The position numbers were made by a program, and so were the translations under genes. Shown here piece after piece: positions 7,737 to 16,114 of a stretch of DNA of 38,678 nt (the first letter of the stretch is position 1; each line of letters opens with the position of its first letter). Origin of the DNA: a virus; the IMG/VR virus record IMGVR_UViG_3300029813_000414, positions 1 through 38,678 of that record. One strand, 5' to 3'. The notes under the pieces are model-generated. The model was not told the origin of the DNA and did not search any database. It worked only from the letters and a program-made list of their open reading frames with translations.

Positions 7737-9670
7737 TAGCTACAAAGGCACAAAGGCACAAAGTATGGGCGGAGGCCGAGCGGAACGCCTGGCGGCTGCC
7801 GGCGGAGCTGACGGTCAGCCAGTGGGCGGACCGGCACCGCGTATTAGACCCGCGCTCGAGCGCTGAGCCCGGGCCCTGGCGGACGGAGCGGGCCGCCTAC
7901 CTTCGCGGGATTATGGATTCCTTCTGCGAGCCGGAGGCGGAGGAAATAACGGTCATCAAGCCGCCCCAGTCGGGCGGGACCGAGGCAATCCTTAATATGA
8001 TCGGCTTTACTATCGACGAGGACCCAGGACCGGCCCTGCTGGTCGAGCCACGAGATGTGGATTGTGATTACACATCGGAGAATCGTCTAAAGCCGATGAT
8101 AGAGGCAAGCAGCGCCCTGACCGACCATACGACAGGGCGAATCTGGGACCTGTCAAAAACAGAATTCTATTTTGACAGGATGACACTTTTCTTCGGAGGC
8201 AGCAACTCACCGGCCGGCCTGGCGGGAAAGCCGATACGGTACCTGTTTCTCGATGAGGTAAATAAATACCCACCGTTTGCCGGCAGAGAGGCCAACCCGA
8301 TCGACCTGGCCACCAAGCGAACGATAACCTTCTGGGACAGAAAGATTGTTGCAAACTCCACGCCCACGACAACGGATGGCTATATAACCAAACGATACGA
8401 GAAATCCAACAAACAACAGTACTATATACCCTGCCCTCATTGCGGCGAATGCAGTGTTTGGAAATTTTCGCAATTAAAGATACCGAAGGAGCTGCGGGAC
8501 CCGGACAAAATTCGCCGGACGATCGGCGTTATATACTACGAATGTGAGCATTGCAGGGGCCGAATCGAAGAGCTCCAGAAAGACGAGCTCGTCGCTAAGG
8601 GGATATGGCTGGCAGAGGGACAGAAAATCGATGCCGAAGGAAATATAACCGGCACCGCAAAACGAAGCAAGCGACACAGCGGTTTTCAGTTTAGCGCGTT
8701 GATCAGCCCCTGGGTGAGCTGGCCGGAGATGATGGCACAATGGTTCGAGGCCAATACCGAGGAGGGAATCGTCATCGGTAAATTGCTGGATTTTAAGAAC
8801 TCAATTCTGGCTGAAGCATATACCGAAACGGTTATCAAAACAGAAACCCTCGAACTGGAAAAAAACAAGGGCGGCTTTAGCAGGGGGACGGTGCCGGACG
8901 ATTGCCTGGTACTGATGGCCGGCGCCGATTATCACGAGGACAGGCGAGGTAATGTCACAATAGCTTACGAGGTCCGCGGGTTCGGTTATGGTGAGCGCAA
9001 TTTCGTTATATCATCGGGAGCGGCCGATAGCTGGGAGCAATTGGAAGAGGAGGTCCTTTTTTCGCCGTTTGCCTGGGCCAACCCCGATGGCCCTCGAGGG
9101 GGTGAGTCGGAATTGGCGGTCATGCAGCTCTTTATCGATTCTGGGTACAAAGATACGGAGGTCTATGATTTTTGTTTGAGACATCCGGCTATATGCAAGC
9201 CGACCAAAGGCGCATCACACAAACAGAGAACACCTATAGTTATTAGTAATCTGGAAAAAACTACTGCAGAGAAAAAAAGAAAATACAGATACAGAGGTCT
9301 GCAATTGTATATGCTTGACCCTGATTTTTTCAAGAGCAAGGTCCACGGCTGGGCATCACGGGAGGCCGGCCAGGCCGGCTCGACCCAGTTCTATGCAGAA
9401 ATTCCGGATTACTATTTCCGCGAGTTTACCAACGAGCAGAAGGTAAAGACCCGCAGCCGTTACGGGCAAATAATCTGGCGGTGGAAGCCGGTATCAGGCG
9501 GGGCCGCCACGCATCATCTCGATACCGCCGTCAATGCCGCAGCTGCCGGATACTTTCGACGAGTGCAGTACCTGCGACATCCCACCGAGCAGAGACAAAC
9601 GGCGGCGGCAAGAAAAAAGAAAAGATCACTATCAGAATTACAGAGACAAAAAAGACTGAATCGTAAATGA
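7733..9670 (+). CDS. Terminase large subunit, lambda GpA family
   Basis: WADRHRVL...GPWRTERAAYLRGIMD, Walker-like PPQSGGTE, an internal CPHCGE...CEHCRG zinc motif, and a 645-aa size typical of GpA-type TerL. Confidence 0.9.
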   Translation: MIATKAQRHKVWAEAERNAWRLPAELTVSQWADRHRVLDPRSSAEPGPWRTERAAYLRGIMDSFCEPEAEEITVIKPPQSGGTEAILNMIGFTIDEDPGPALLVEPRDVDCDYTSENRLKPMIEASSALTDHTTGRIWDLSKTEFYFDRMTLFFGGSNSPAGLAGKPIRYLFLDEVNKYPPFAGREANPIDLATKRTITFWDRKIVANSTPTTTDGYITKRYEKSNKQQYYIPCPHCGECSVWKFSQLKIPKELRDPDKIRRTIGVIYYECEHCRGRIEELQKDELVAKGIWLAEGQKIDAEGNITGTAKRSKRHSGFQFSALISPWVSWPEMMAQWFEANTEEGIVIGKLLDFKNSILAEAYTETVIKTETLELEKNKGGFSRGTVPDDCLVLMAGADYHEDRRGNVTIAYEVRGFGYGERNFVISSGAADSWEQLEEEVLFSPFAWANPDGPRGGESELAVMQLFIDSGYKDTEVYDFCLRHPAICKPTKGASHKQRTPIVISNLEKTTAEKKRKYRYRGLQLYMLDPDFFKSKVHGWASREAGQAGSTQFYAEIPDYYFREFTNEQKVKTRSRYGQIIWRWKPVSGGAATHHLDTAVNAAAAGYFRRVQYLRHPTEQRQTAAARKKKRSLSELQRQKRLNRK

Positions 9671-9882
9671 AAAAAAAAGTCAGGCTAAGTGATGAGCAGA
9701 AAAAAAGGAGCAAGGGAATCAGATGTCCGCGATGCGGCTGTGCGGACTTGCGCGATTTAGACGGCCGGCCGTGGGAGACAGTGACAACAATCAATATTCC
9801 CGGGGCTATAAGACGCTGGAAGATTTGCCGGCACTGCGGCAAACGAATAAGGACAAGAGAAATAATTGAAGGTGAAAAATGA
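9667..9882 (+). CDS. Zinc-ribbon protein (NrdR-N-terminal/Ogr-like topology)
   Basis: CPRCGC-N28-CRHCGKRIRTREI (CxxC...CxxC followed by R.RT.E). 71 aa, with ATGA overlap to TerL. Confidence 0.6.
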   Translation: MKKKVRLSDEQKKRSKGIRCPRCGCADLRDLDGRPWETVTTINIPGAIRRWKICRHCGKRIRTREIIEGEK

Positions 9883-10121
9883 GAACTCGAAAACAGGCCT
9901 TTTTGATTGTTAAGAAAAATGATTTGGCCAAACTTCTGGAGGGTCAACAGATAATCCATGCCACACCGAGATTGACCAATATCAAGGTCATGGAACAGAC
10001 GGTTGTACCGCCTTCGGCAGATGAAGTAAGCTTGCTGATAGAGGCCGATGAACTGACCGAATTGCTCGATAGAGACCTGCCGTCCAAGCTAAAATTTGAG
10101 CCGATTATTGCATCGAGATGA
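9879..10121 (+). CDS. Hypothetical protein
   Basis: 80-aa ORF with ATGA overlap to the upstream gene. No motif recognised. Confidence 0.55.
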   Translation: MRTRKQAFLIVKKNDLAKLLEGQQIIHATPRLTNIKVMEQTVVPPSADEVSLLIEADELTELLDRDLPSKLKFEPIIASR

Positions 10122-10128
10122 AAAAAGC

Positions 10129-10144
10129 GTGCTATATATAGCAC
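10129..10144. terminator. Perfect 16-bp palindrome hairpin flanked by A-run/T-run (bidirectional terminator-like)
   Basis: aaaaaagc GTGCTATATATAGCAC attttat, directly after the stop at 10121. Confidence 0.4.
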
Positions 10145-10242
10145 ATTTTATCTAAAATCCGCATTTTTGGCATATTTTCTGTTGACTTCGATTGTGCCGG
10201 GTCGAAGATTGAAGTAATTATAATCTGACGTCAGAAAACTGT

Positions 10243-10280
10243 AGGCCGTATGGGGCCATACACCCGTACGGCCTGTTTTT
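10243..10280 (+). terminator. Strong intrinsic terminator-like hairpin upstream of the head genes
   Basis: AGGCCGTATGGG / CCCGTACGGCCT 12-bp stem (one G-U), 8-nt loop, then GTTTTT. It sits 19 nt before the gpW-like start. Confidence 0.6.
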
Positions 10281-10298
10281 ATTACGAGCAACAAGACT

Positions 10299-10511
10299 AT
10301 GGCTGATTACTTGGCAATTATAACGGTGATTGACACGGCAATAACAAGCTGGGCGGGAAAGCCGGTGTCACTGTCTGTCGAAGGAAGAAGTGTTACCTAC
10401 CGTTCACTCAAAAGTCTAATTGACGCACGACACTATTATGCCCAGTTGGCTGCCCAGGCGAAAGGGATGGGTTTTAAGATAAATCCGTTAAAAGTAAGCG
10501 GACCAAGATAA
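10299..10511 (+). CDS. gpW-like head-tail joining (head completion) protein
   Basis: 70 aa, located between TerL and portal as in lambda. The pattern G.PVSLSVEGRSVTYRSLKSLIDARHYY resembles lambda gpW (GKRV..V..DGRRVEF...DLKKYI). Confidence 0.55.
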   Translation: MADYLAIITVIDTAITSWAGKPVSLSVEGRSVTYRSLKSLIDARHYYAQLAAQAKGMGFKINPLKVSGPR

Positions 10512-10513
10512 AT

Positions 10514-11995
10514 ATGGCCAAACAAAAAGCAAAATCACAAAGAAAAGTGGTGCTGTCGGCGGCGACGAGAGAAAGGATTCGCAGTTATGATGCCGCGGCA
10601 TTCAGCCGGCATATCACACCGCATTTTACCTTTGCAGACAACCTCGATGCCGATTCGCTGATTCGAAAAGATATAGAGACCTTGCGGAACCGGGCACGCT
10701 ATGAGATTCGCAACAATTCTTATGCTTCCGGTATTGTCGATACGATGGCCAACGATATGATCGGGACCGGACCACGATTGCAAATATTATCCGACAACAA
10801 TGATTTTGACAGCAGGGTCGAAAATTTGTTCGGCCAATGGTGCCTTAATGCAGACATCGAGGGTCGGATGAAATTCAAGGAAATTCTGCAACTTGCCGGT
10901 GCCTGGCAGCAGGCGGAATCCGGTGAGGCATTTATCTTATTGCAATCGGCAGAACCGGCCAAACACTGGCTCCGTGCCAGACCGGAAGTTCGGCTGAGAT
11001 TACTTGTAATCGAGCCGGACCGCGTGGCTGTGCCGATGCTGTTAAATGTCACCAATAAGATTCGAGATGGAATCGAATACGATGAGTTTGGCAGGCCTAT
11101 CAAATACTATATTCTCAAAAATCATCCCGGCAGTGCCCGGGCTATCGGTAATTTTCTCGATTATGATGTAATTAATGCAGCTCACGTTATTCATCTTTAT
11201 AAACAGAAAAGACCGGGACAATCCAGGGGAGTTCCCTGGATAACACCGGCACTTCCTCTGTTTGCAAATCTAAGACGTTATACCTTAGCTACTCTCGAAG
11301 GGGCCGAAACTGCCGCAAATATCTCGGCGGCGCTTAAGACTCAGGTTACCGGCGAAATCTTTGAGGATGAGATCGAGGCGATGGATGAGGTGGAGATTCC
11401 GCGTAACGCCATGCTCACCCTGCCCGCCGGCTCGGAGATGCAGCAATTCAAGCCGGAACAGCCGACAACTACCTACAAGGATTTCAAACACGAAATCTTA
11501 AACGAGATAGCTCGCTGTATTAACATGCCGTTCAACATAGCTGCAGCCAATTCATCGGGTTATAACTACGCCTCGGGCAGATTGGATTGGCAGGTCTATT
11601 ATCGGTTCATCAGAACAACGCGCTGCTGGCTCGAGGACCATGTATGCGACCGCGTTTTTTATACCTGGCTTAAAGAGGCAATAATGATACCTGCTCTAAA
11701 AATACCAACAATGGATATTGAAAAGGTTAATTTCAAATGGTTCTGGCCGGGTTCGGAGCACGTGGACCCACTCAAAGAAGCAAAAGCGCAGGAATCGAGA
11801 TTAAAGAGTATGACGAGCACGCTATCCGAAGAATATGCTACGCAGGGCAAGGATTGGGAACGCCAAATTCGTCAGAAGGCAAAAGAATTAGACCTTCTGG
11901 AAGAGCTGGGTATTTTGCAGTCGGATGAGGCAAAATTGGCATATCTTGGAATAAAAACCGCCAAAACCGGCGCTGGAGTTAGTAAAGGAAGATAA
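10514..11995 (+). CDS. Portal protein, lambda (gpB) family
   Basis: 493 aa after gpW. N-terminal YDAA...LRNRARYEIRNNSYASGIVDTMANDMIGTGPRLQ is characteristic of lambda-family portals. Confidence 0.85.
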   Translation: MAKQKAKSQRKVVLSAATRERIRSYDAAAFSRHITPHFTFADNLDADSLIRKDIETLRNRARYEIRNNSYASGIVDTMANDMIGTGPRLQILSDNNDFDSRVENLFGQWCLNADIEGRMKFKEILQLAGAWQQAESGEAFILLQSAEPAKHWLRARPEVRLRLLVIEPDRVAVPMLLNVTNKIRDGIEYDEFGRPIKYYILKNHPGSARAIGNFLDYDVINAAHVIHLYKQKRPGQSRGVPWITPALPLFANLRRYTLATLEGAETAANISAALKTQVTGEIFEDEIEAMDEVEIPRNAMLTLPAGSEMQQFKPEQPTTTYKDFKHEILNEIARCINMPFNIAAANSSGYNYASGRLDWQVYYRFIRTTRCWLEDHVCDRVFYTWLKEAIMIPALKIPTMDIEKVNFKWFWPGSEHVDPLKEAKAQESRLKSMTSTLSEEYATQGKDWERQIRQKAKELDLLEELGILQSDEAKLAYLGIKTAKTGAGVSKGR

Positions 11996-11997
11996 TT

Positions 11998-14577
11998 ATG
12001 TTCTATTTGAGACCTTATCCGAACGAGCATTCGGCGAGACTGCGCAATCCGGATGATTTTGATAGTAAGACTTTTCGCAGAACGGAAGGCGGCAGTTTGT
12101 ACGGCAAAATCAAGGTGCCAAAGACGATTGCAATTATCTGGGGCAAGCTCAAGGGCAAGGCCAAGCCATCGGACCCGCCTATACCTCAGGCCCTGCGATT
12201 TCCTACAAAAAATTGGACGGCCGATGAGGCAAAGAAATGGCTAAAAACTAACAATATCAAATATGAAAAATTTGAGCCGGCATCACAGAAGGAAAAAACC
12301 AAGGCCGATGCGACCTACAATTGCGAATGCATCGAATGCGGCTATCAGATGGAGAGCGATAAACATTGTAAAGATTTGAAATGTCCGAAATGCGGAGGTC
12401 GAATGCGCAGAGTGGATCGACCGGGACCGGGACAAAAAGAGGATGACTATATCTCTCATCGCGACATACCTATTGCAACACAGACCGACTTGACTATTCG
12501 TCATTATCAAACACGATTCGATACGCTGAATGAAGAAGATAGGACCGTAGAGGCGATTCTATCAACGGAGGACAGGGTTGCCGTTTTGGACTGGATAGGA
12601 TTTAGGGTAGTCGAAGAAATATTGTTAATGGAAGGTTTTCAAGGCAAAACCGAACAGGTCCCTTTGGTTGACAGCCATGATAGATCAAGTGTGCAAAAAC
12701 AATATGGCAGCGTCCGGAATATTCGAGTTGAAGATAATCGATTAATCGGTACCAAACATTTTAGTTCCTCGCCGGTAGCGGACCATCCCTGGCAATTGAC
12801 CAAAGAAAAACACCTGACCGACAATTCCATCGGTTATCGAATCCTAAATTCTGCAATTATCGAGAAAGGCCAGGAAACCGAAGTGGCGGGCAGAAAATTT
12901 AAGGCGTCAAGCAAGCGCGACCTTCGCGTAGTAACGGATTGGGAACTAAAAGAAGTAAGTGTTGTAGCTGTCGGCGCCGACAGCAAAGCCAAAAATCGGA
13001 AAGAGGCCCCGCTCAACGGGGATAATAAGAGTTTGTCAAATCAAAATGAAAGGATTGGTAAAATGGAAAAGTTTAAGCTATGGCTGCTTGAGCGAGGTCT
13101 CAATTATGACGACCTGGATGAACAACAAAGAGAGGCACTACAAGCCGATTTTGAGACCGAGCAAAAGAGAAAAGAAACTGAAACGGTGAAAGACCAACTG
13201 ACCGGCCAATCGGACGGTGATAAAGGCCAGAGGGCCGAAACAACTGCGATTGATGCCGCCAAGGTTGCTAATGAGGCCATAGAGACCGAGCGTCAGCGTG
13301 TTGCTGCCATCCGCGAATTGGCAAGTGATGATGTGCCGGTCGATGTTGTCGAGCAGTGCATCAGAGAAGGAACGAGTCAGCAGGATGCCCAGGGAATATT
13401 CCTGAAGGCAATCCGTGAGAGCAGGCCGAAAATAGCGGGCCTGCCGGCAATTCATATCACGGACGGTCAGCCGTCCCGCGAGGCCCTGGCAGATGGCCTT
13501 CTGCTTCGAGCAGGATACGATGATGTTTTCCAGGCCGACGAAAAACAAGGTGACCAACGGGCAGAGACAGCCAGAAAGTTCCGCGACATTTCACTGCTGG
13601 ATGTTTGCAGGCATGCTCTGTTTCTGGATGGCGAGAATATTCCGACCAGCCGCGTTGAGCTCGTCCGCCGGGCCTTCTCAATGGCCACACTGCCGGTGCT
13701 TCTGTCCAGTGTGGTCAATAAGAGCCTGCTCAAAGGTTACCAGTTGGCGCCGGAAAGCTGGCGAAAATGGTGCGGGATCGGGTCGGCACCCGATTACAAG
13801 GACATCAAGAGAGTGCGGCTGACCGATATGGGCGAGATCCCGGAACTGCCGGATGGCGGCGAAGTCAAATACGGCAGCCTGGAAGAAGATGCGGAAACCT
13901 ACCGCATCTACGACTATGCCCAGAATATAGGGATCAGCAACCAGACGATCGCCAACGATGACCTCAATGCCATTACCAAAGTACCGGTCAATCGCGGGGT
14001 CAAGGCCAAACAGAGGATAGGTGACCTGGTCTATACGCACCTTCTGGCAAACGGCGCTATGGCCGATGCGATTGCTTTGTTCCATGCCAGCCACAGCAAC
14101 CTGATTACTTCCAATGGATTAGCTAAGGCGACTCTGGAGAAGGCACTTTACACCTTCCAGAAACAGACCGACAAGGACGGTAAAACCATCAATATTATAC
14201 CGAAGGTCCTGCTCGTGCCGCCGGAGCTGAAGTACGCAGCGAAAGAGCTTGTCAAGAGTATCACCATCGTGGTAGCAGGCTCCACCGACACGGTTCGTGG
14301 AAGCTACAATCCGATTGCGGATGATGATTTACAGGTCGTATCGGAGGCCAGATTGTCCAACGCCAGCTATAGCGGCTATTCGACCACGAACTGGTATATG
14401 TCAGCAGACCCGAATCTGGCTGATACGATTGAAGTATCGTTCCTTAACGGTGTGCAGGAGCCGAAACTGGAGACCTTCAATGCCGGTCCGGACAGGATTG
14501 GACTGATCTGGCGGATATTGATCTCCTTCGGCTGCAAGGCAGTTGACTGGCGAGGGATGCAGAAGAGTACCGCATAG
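11998..14577 (+). CDS. Prohead protease / scaffold / major capsid (Mu gpT-like) fusion protein with N-terminal domain and zinc ribbon
   Basis: N-terminal YPNEHSARLRNPDDF domain. CECIECG...CPKCGG ribbon. S78/HK97-type protease blocks (VPLVDSHD, SIGYRI, EVSVVAVGADS). Coiled-coil linker. C-terminal gpT-like capsid blocks (ISNQTIANDDL, LFHASHSNL, KVLLVPPEL). Confidence 0.85.
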   Translation: MFYLRPYPNEHSARLRNPDDFDSKTFRRTEGGSLYGKIKVPKTIAIIWGKLKGKAKPSDPPIPQALRFPTKNWTADEAKKWLKTNNIKYEKFEPASQKEKTKADATYNCECIECGYQMESDKHCKDLKCPKCGGRMRRVDRPGPGQKEDDYISHRDIPIATQTDLTIRHYQTRFDTLNEEDRTVEAILSTEDRVAVLDWIGFRVVEEILLMEGFQGKTEQVPLVDSHDRSSVQKQYGSVRNIRVEDNRLIGTKHFSSSPVADHPWQLTKEKHLTDNSIGYRILNSAIIEKGQETEVAGRKFKASSKRDLRVVTDWELKEVSVVAVGADSKAKNRKEAPLNGDNKSLSNQNERIGKMEKFKLWLLERGLNYDDLDEQQREALQADFETEQKRKETETVKDQLTGQSDGDKGQRAETTAIDAAKVANEAIETERQRVAAIRELASDDVPVDVVEQCIREGTSQQDAQGIFLKAIRESRPKIAGLPAIHITDGQPSREALADGLLLRAGYDDVFQADEKQGDQRAETARKFRDISLLDVCRHALFLDGENIPTSRVELVRRAFSMATLPVLLSSVVNKSLLKGYQLAPESWRKWCGIGSAPDYKDIKRVRLTDMGEIPELPDGGEVKYGSLEEDAETYRIYDYAQNIGISNQTIANDDLNAITKVPVNRGVKAKQRIGDLVYTHLLANGAMADAIALFHASHSNLITSNGLAKATLEKALYTFQKQTDKDGKTINIIPKVLLVPPELKYAAKELVKSITIVVAGSTDTVRGSYNPIADDDLQVVSEARLSNASYSGYSTTNWYMSADPNLADTIEVSFLNGVQEPKLETFNAGPDRIGLIWRILISFGCKAVDWRGMQKSTA

Positions 14578-14582
14578 TAGCT

Positions 14583-14631
14583 GTGACCCGTGATTTGTGA
14601 TTCGTGTTTCGTGAATAGTGAATAGCGAAGA
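14583..14631 (+). repeat. Tandem heptanucleotide array (GTGAWWN x6-7) directly after the capsid stop
   Basis: GTGACCC GTGATTT GTGATTC GTGTTTC GTGAATA GTGAATA GCGAAGA. GTG begins at 14583, 14590, 14597, 14604, 14611 and 14618, an exact 7-nt period. Confidence 0.85.
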
Positions 14632-14649
14632 TTAATTGAGGTGTTCGAA

Positions 14650-14928
14650 ATGAAGGAAAATGTAACAACCAAATGTGACTGCGGCCAGACAAACTATCTG
14701 GTTCTTCTCGATGGACTCTGGCGTTACGATGCGGCCAAACATGGAAGCAATGCTGATTCCGTTGGTAAATGCTTTAACTGCCACCAACCATTGAAAGAAC
14801 ATCTGAGTAAATTGGAACCGAAGCCGAAGTCAAAACCAAAGACTAAGCCGAAGTCAAAACTGGAGACAGAACCGCAAGCCAGAGTCGGAGCTGGAGCCAA
14901 AGAACAAAAAGAAACGGAAAGAACGTAA
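14650..14928 (+). CDS. Small zinc-ribbon-like protein with KP-rich basic tail
   Basis: GAGGTG 8 nt upstream of ATG 14650. CDCG...CFNCH motif. Tail PKPKSKPKTKPKSK is encoded by a DNA tandem (aagccgaagtcaaaac x2). Confidence 0.55.
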   Translation: MKENVTTKCDCGQTNYLVLLDGLWRYDAAKHGSNADSVGKCFNCHQPLKEHLSKLEPKPKSKPKTKPKSKLETEPQARVGAGAKEQKETERT

Positions 14929-15026
14929 ACCGATAGGATAACTCGCTGCCGCGAAGCGGGGCAAAATAATTTAGTTAATCCTATCTTAAACGTAAACCAT
15001 ATTTGTAAATTGAGAAAGGATAGAAT

Positions 15027-15755
15027 ATGGAAGCTACATTTTATCAGGAAGGCGATGTGGCGGATTACACACCCGCATCGGCACGCACCGGCGGTGAGGT
15101 TGTTCAGGTTGCCGGACGCGCCGGGGTATGTCTGAAAGATATAGCCGCTAATATCAAGGGCTCCGCCCGCATCAAAGGCATTGTCAAGGTCCAAAAGGTA
15201 CAGGTTGCCATTAACAAAGGTGTCCCGGTCGGCTGGGACGAAAACGGCAGTCCTTACGGTGGCACCGCCAGCAGCGGTGCTGCAACGAATGTCCTATCAG
15301 CAGCAGATTTTCTGTTGGGTTCGGCCATTGCCAATGCAGCGGCGACCGATACGCACGTCTATGTCGCTTTGAACGAATATGCAGATGGATTTCCCAACTT
15401 CGCCGGTTTTACCTTTGAGGTATTATCAGGAGCAACCAAAACTGTCGATGTTGAGGATGTCAATAAAGCATTTGTCGTTACTGTTGATTGCGTAATTACA
15501 TTACCGGCTACGGCCAGTGGTTTGGGACCAATGGCATTTGTCATGTGCGGAGCAGATGCCGGGGTCGAGATAAGCCTTGATCCCAATGCGGACGACAAAA
15601 TTATGGGACCGGACATTGCCGGAACCAACAACAAGGACCTGATCAATACCAAAGCCACCGCTCTACAATGGGATTATGTTGTCATCGAGCCGGATGTGGC
15701 TGGTAACGGCTGGGAAGTAACCGCGATGCGCGGTACCTGGGCCACGGAGGCCTAA
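15027..15755 (+). CDS. Capsid decoration/cement protein (DUF2190-like N-domain) with C-terminal extension
   Basis: AAAGGA RBS. N-terminus YQEGDVADYTPASARTGGEVVQVAGRAGVCLKDIAANIKGSARIKGIVKV matches the DUF2190 capsid-cement pattern. It follows the capsid gene. Confidence 0.65.
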   Translation: MEATFYQEGDVADYTPASARTGGEVVQVAGRAGVCLKDIAANIKGSARIKGIVKVQKVQVAINKGVPVGWDENGSPYGGTASSGAATNVLSAADFLLGSAIANAAATDTHVYVALNEYADGFPNFAGFTFEVLSGATKTVDVEDVNKAFVVTVDCVITLPATASGLGPMAFVMCGADAGVEISLDPNADDKIMGPDIAGTNNKDLINTKATALQWDYVVIEPDVAGNGWEVTAMRGTWATEA

Positions 15756-15792
15756 TAAAAAATATTTTTTTGGCTTTCATCGTTTCAGCTGA

Positions 15793-15813
15793 CCCCGCCC
15801 CGGTGGGGCGGGG
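15793..15813 (+). terminator. GC-rich hairpin after decoration gene (terminator/RNA-stabiliser like, no clear T-run)
   Basis: CCCCGCCCC ggt GGGGCGGGG, a perfect 9-bp stem. Confidence 0.35.
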
Positions 15814-15859
15814 TTGGCCCTTAACCATTTAACGGGTGCGGTTATTGTTTGGTGATAAA

Positions 15860-16096
15860 ATGCCAGGTGCAGATAATAAGAAGGTCTGTAATTCATCGGT
15901 TTTCTGTAAAGAGCACAGCGGAATCGAGGTCAAATTAAATAAATTAGAAAAAAGCGAAGATAAACAATGGGAGGCAATCAATCGGCTGCGTAACCGCCCG
16001 CCCCTCTGGGCTACGGCGGTCATATCGCTGCTTACCTTTCTGTTGGGATGCAGCGTGACATACGCCGGTTTGATTGCTCGAATGGTGGGAAACTAA
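15860..16096 (+). CDS. Small coiled-coil protein with C-terminal TM helix (XhlA-like architecture)
   Basis: CKEHSGIEVKLNKLEKSEDKQWEAINRL followed by the TM helix LWATAVISLLTFLLGCSVTYAGLI. ATG 15860 is preferred over GTG 15836. Confidence 0.5.
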   Translation: MPGADNKKVCNSSVFCKEHSGIEVKLNKLEKSEDKQWEAINRLRNRPPLWATAVISLLTFLLGCSVTYAGLIARMVGN

Positions 16097-16114
16097 AAAA
16101 AAGGAAAAATTGAC

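Noticed and set aside
14600-14620. TGTTTC-GTGAATA resembling a parS half-site pair (TGTTNCAC GTGAAACA)
   Set aside because: It lacks the central CAC/GTG dyad and symmetry. It is better explained as part of the 7-nt tandem array.
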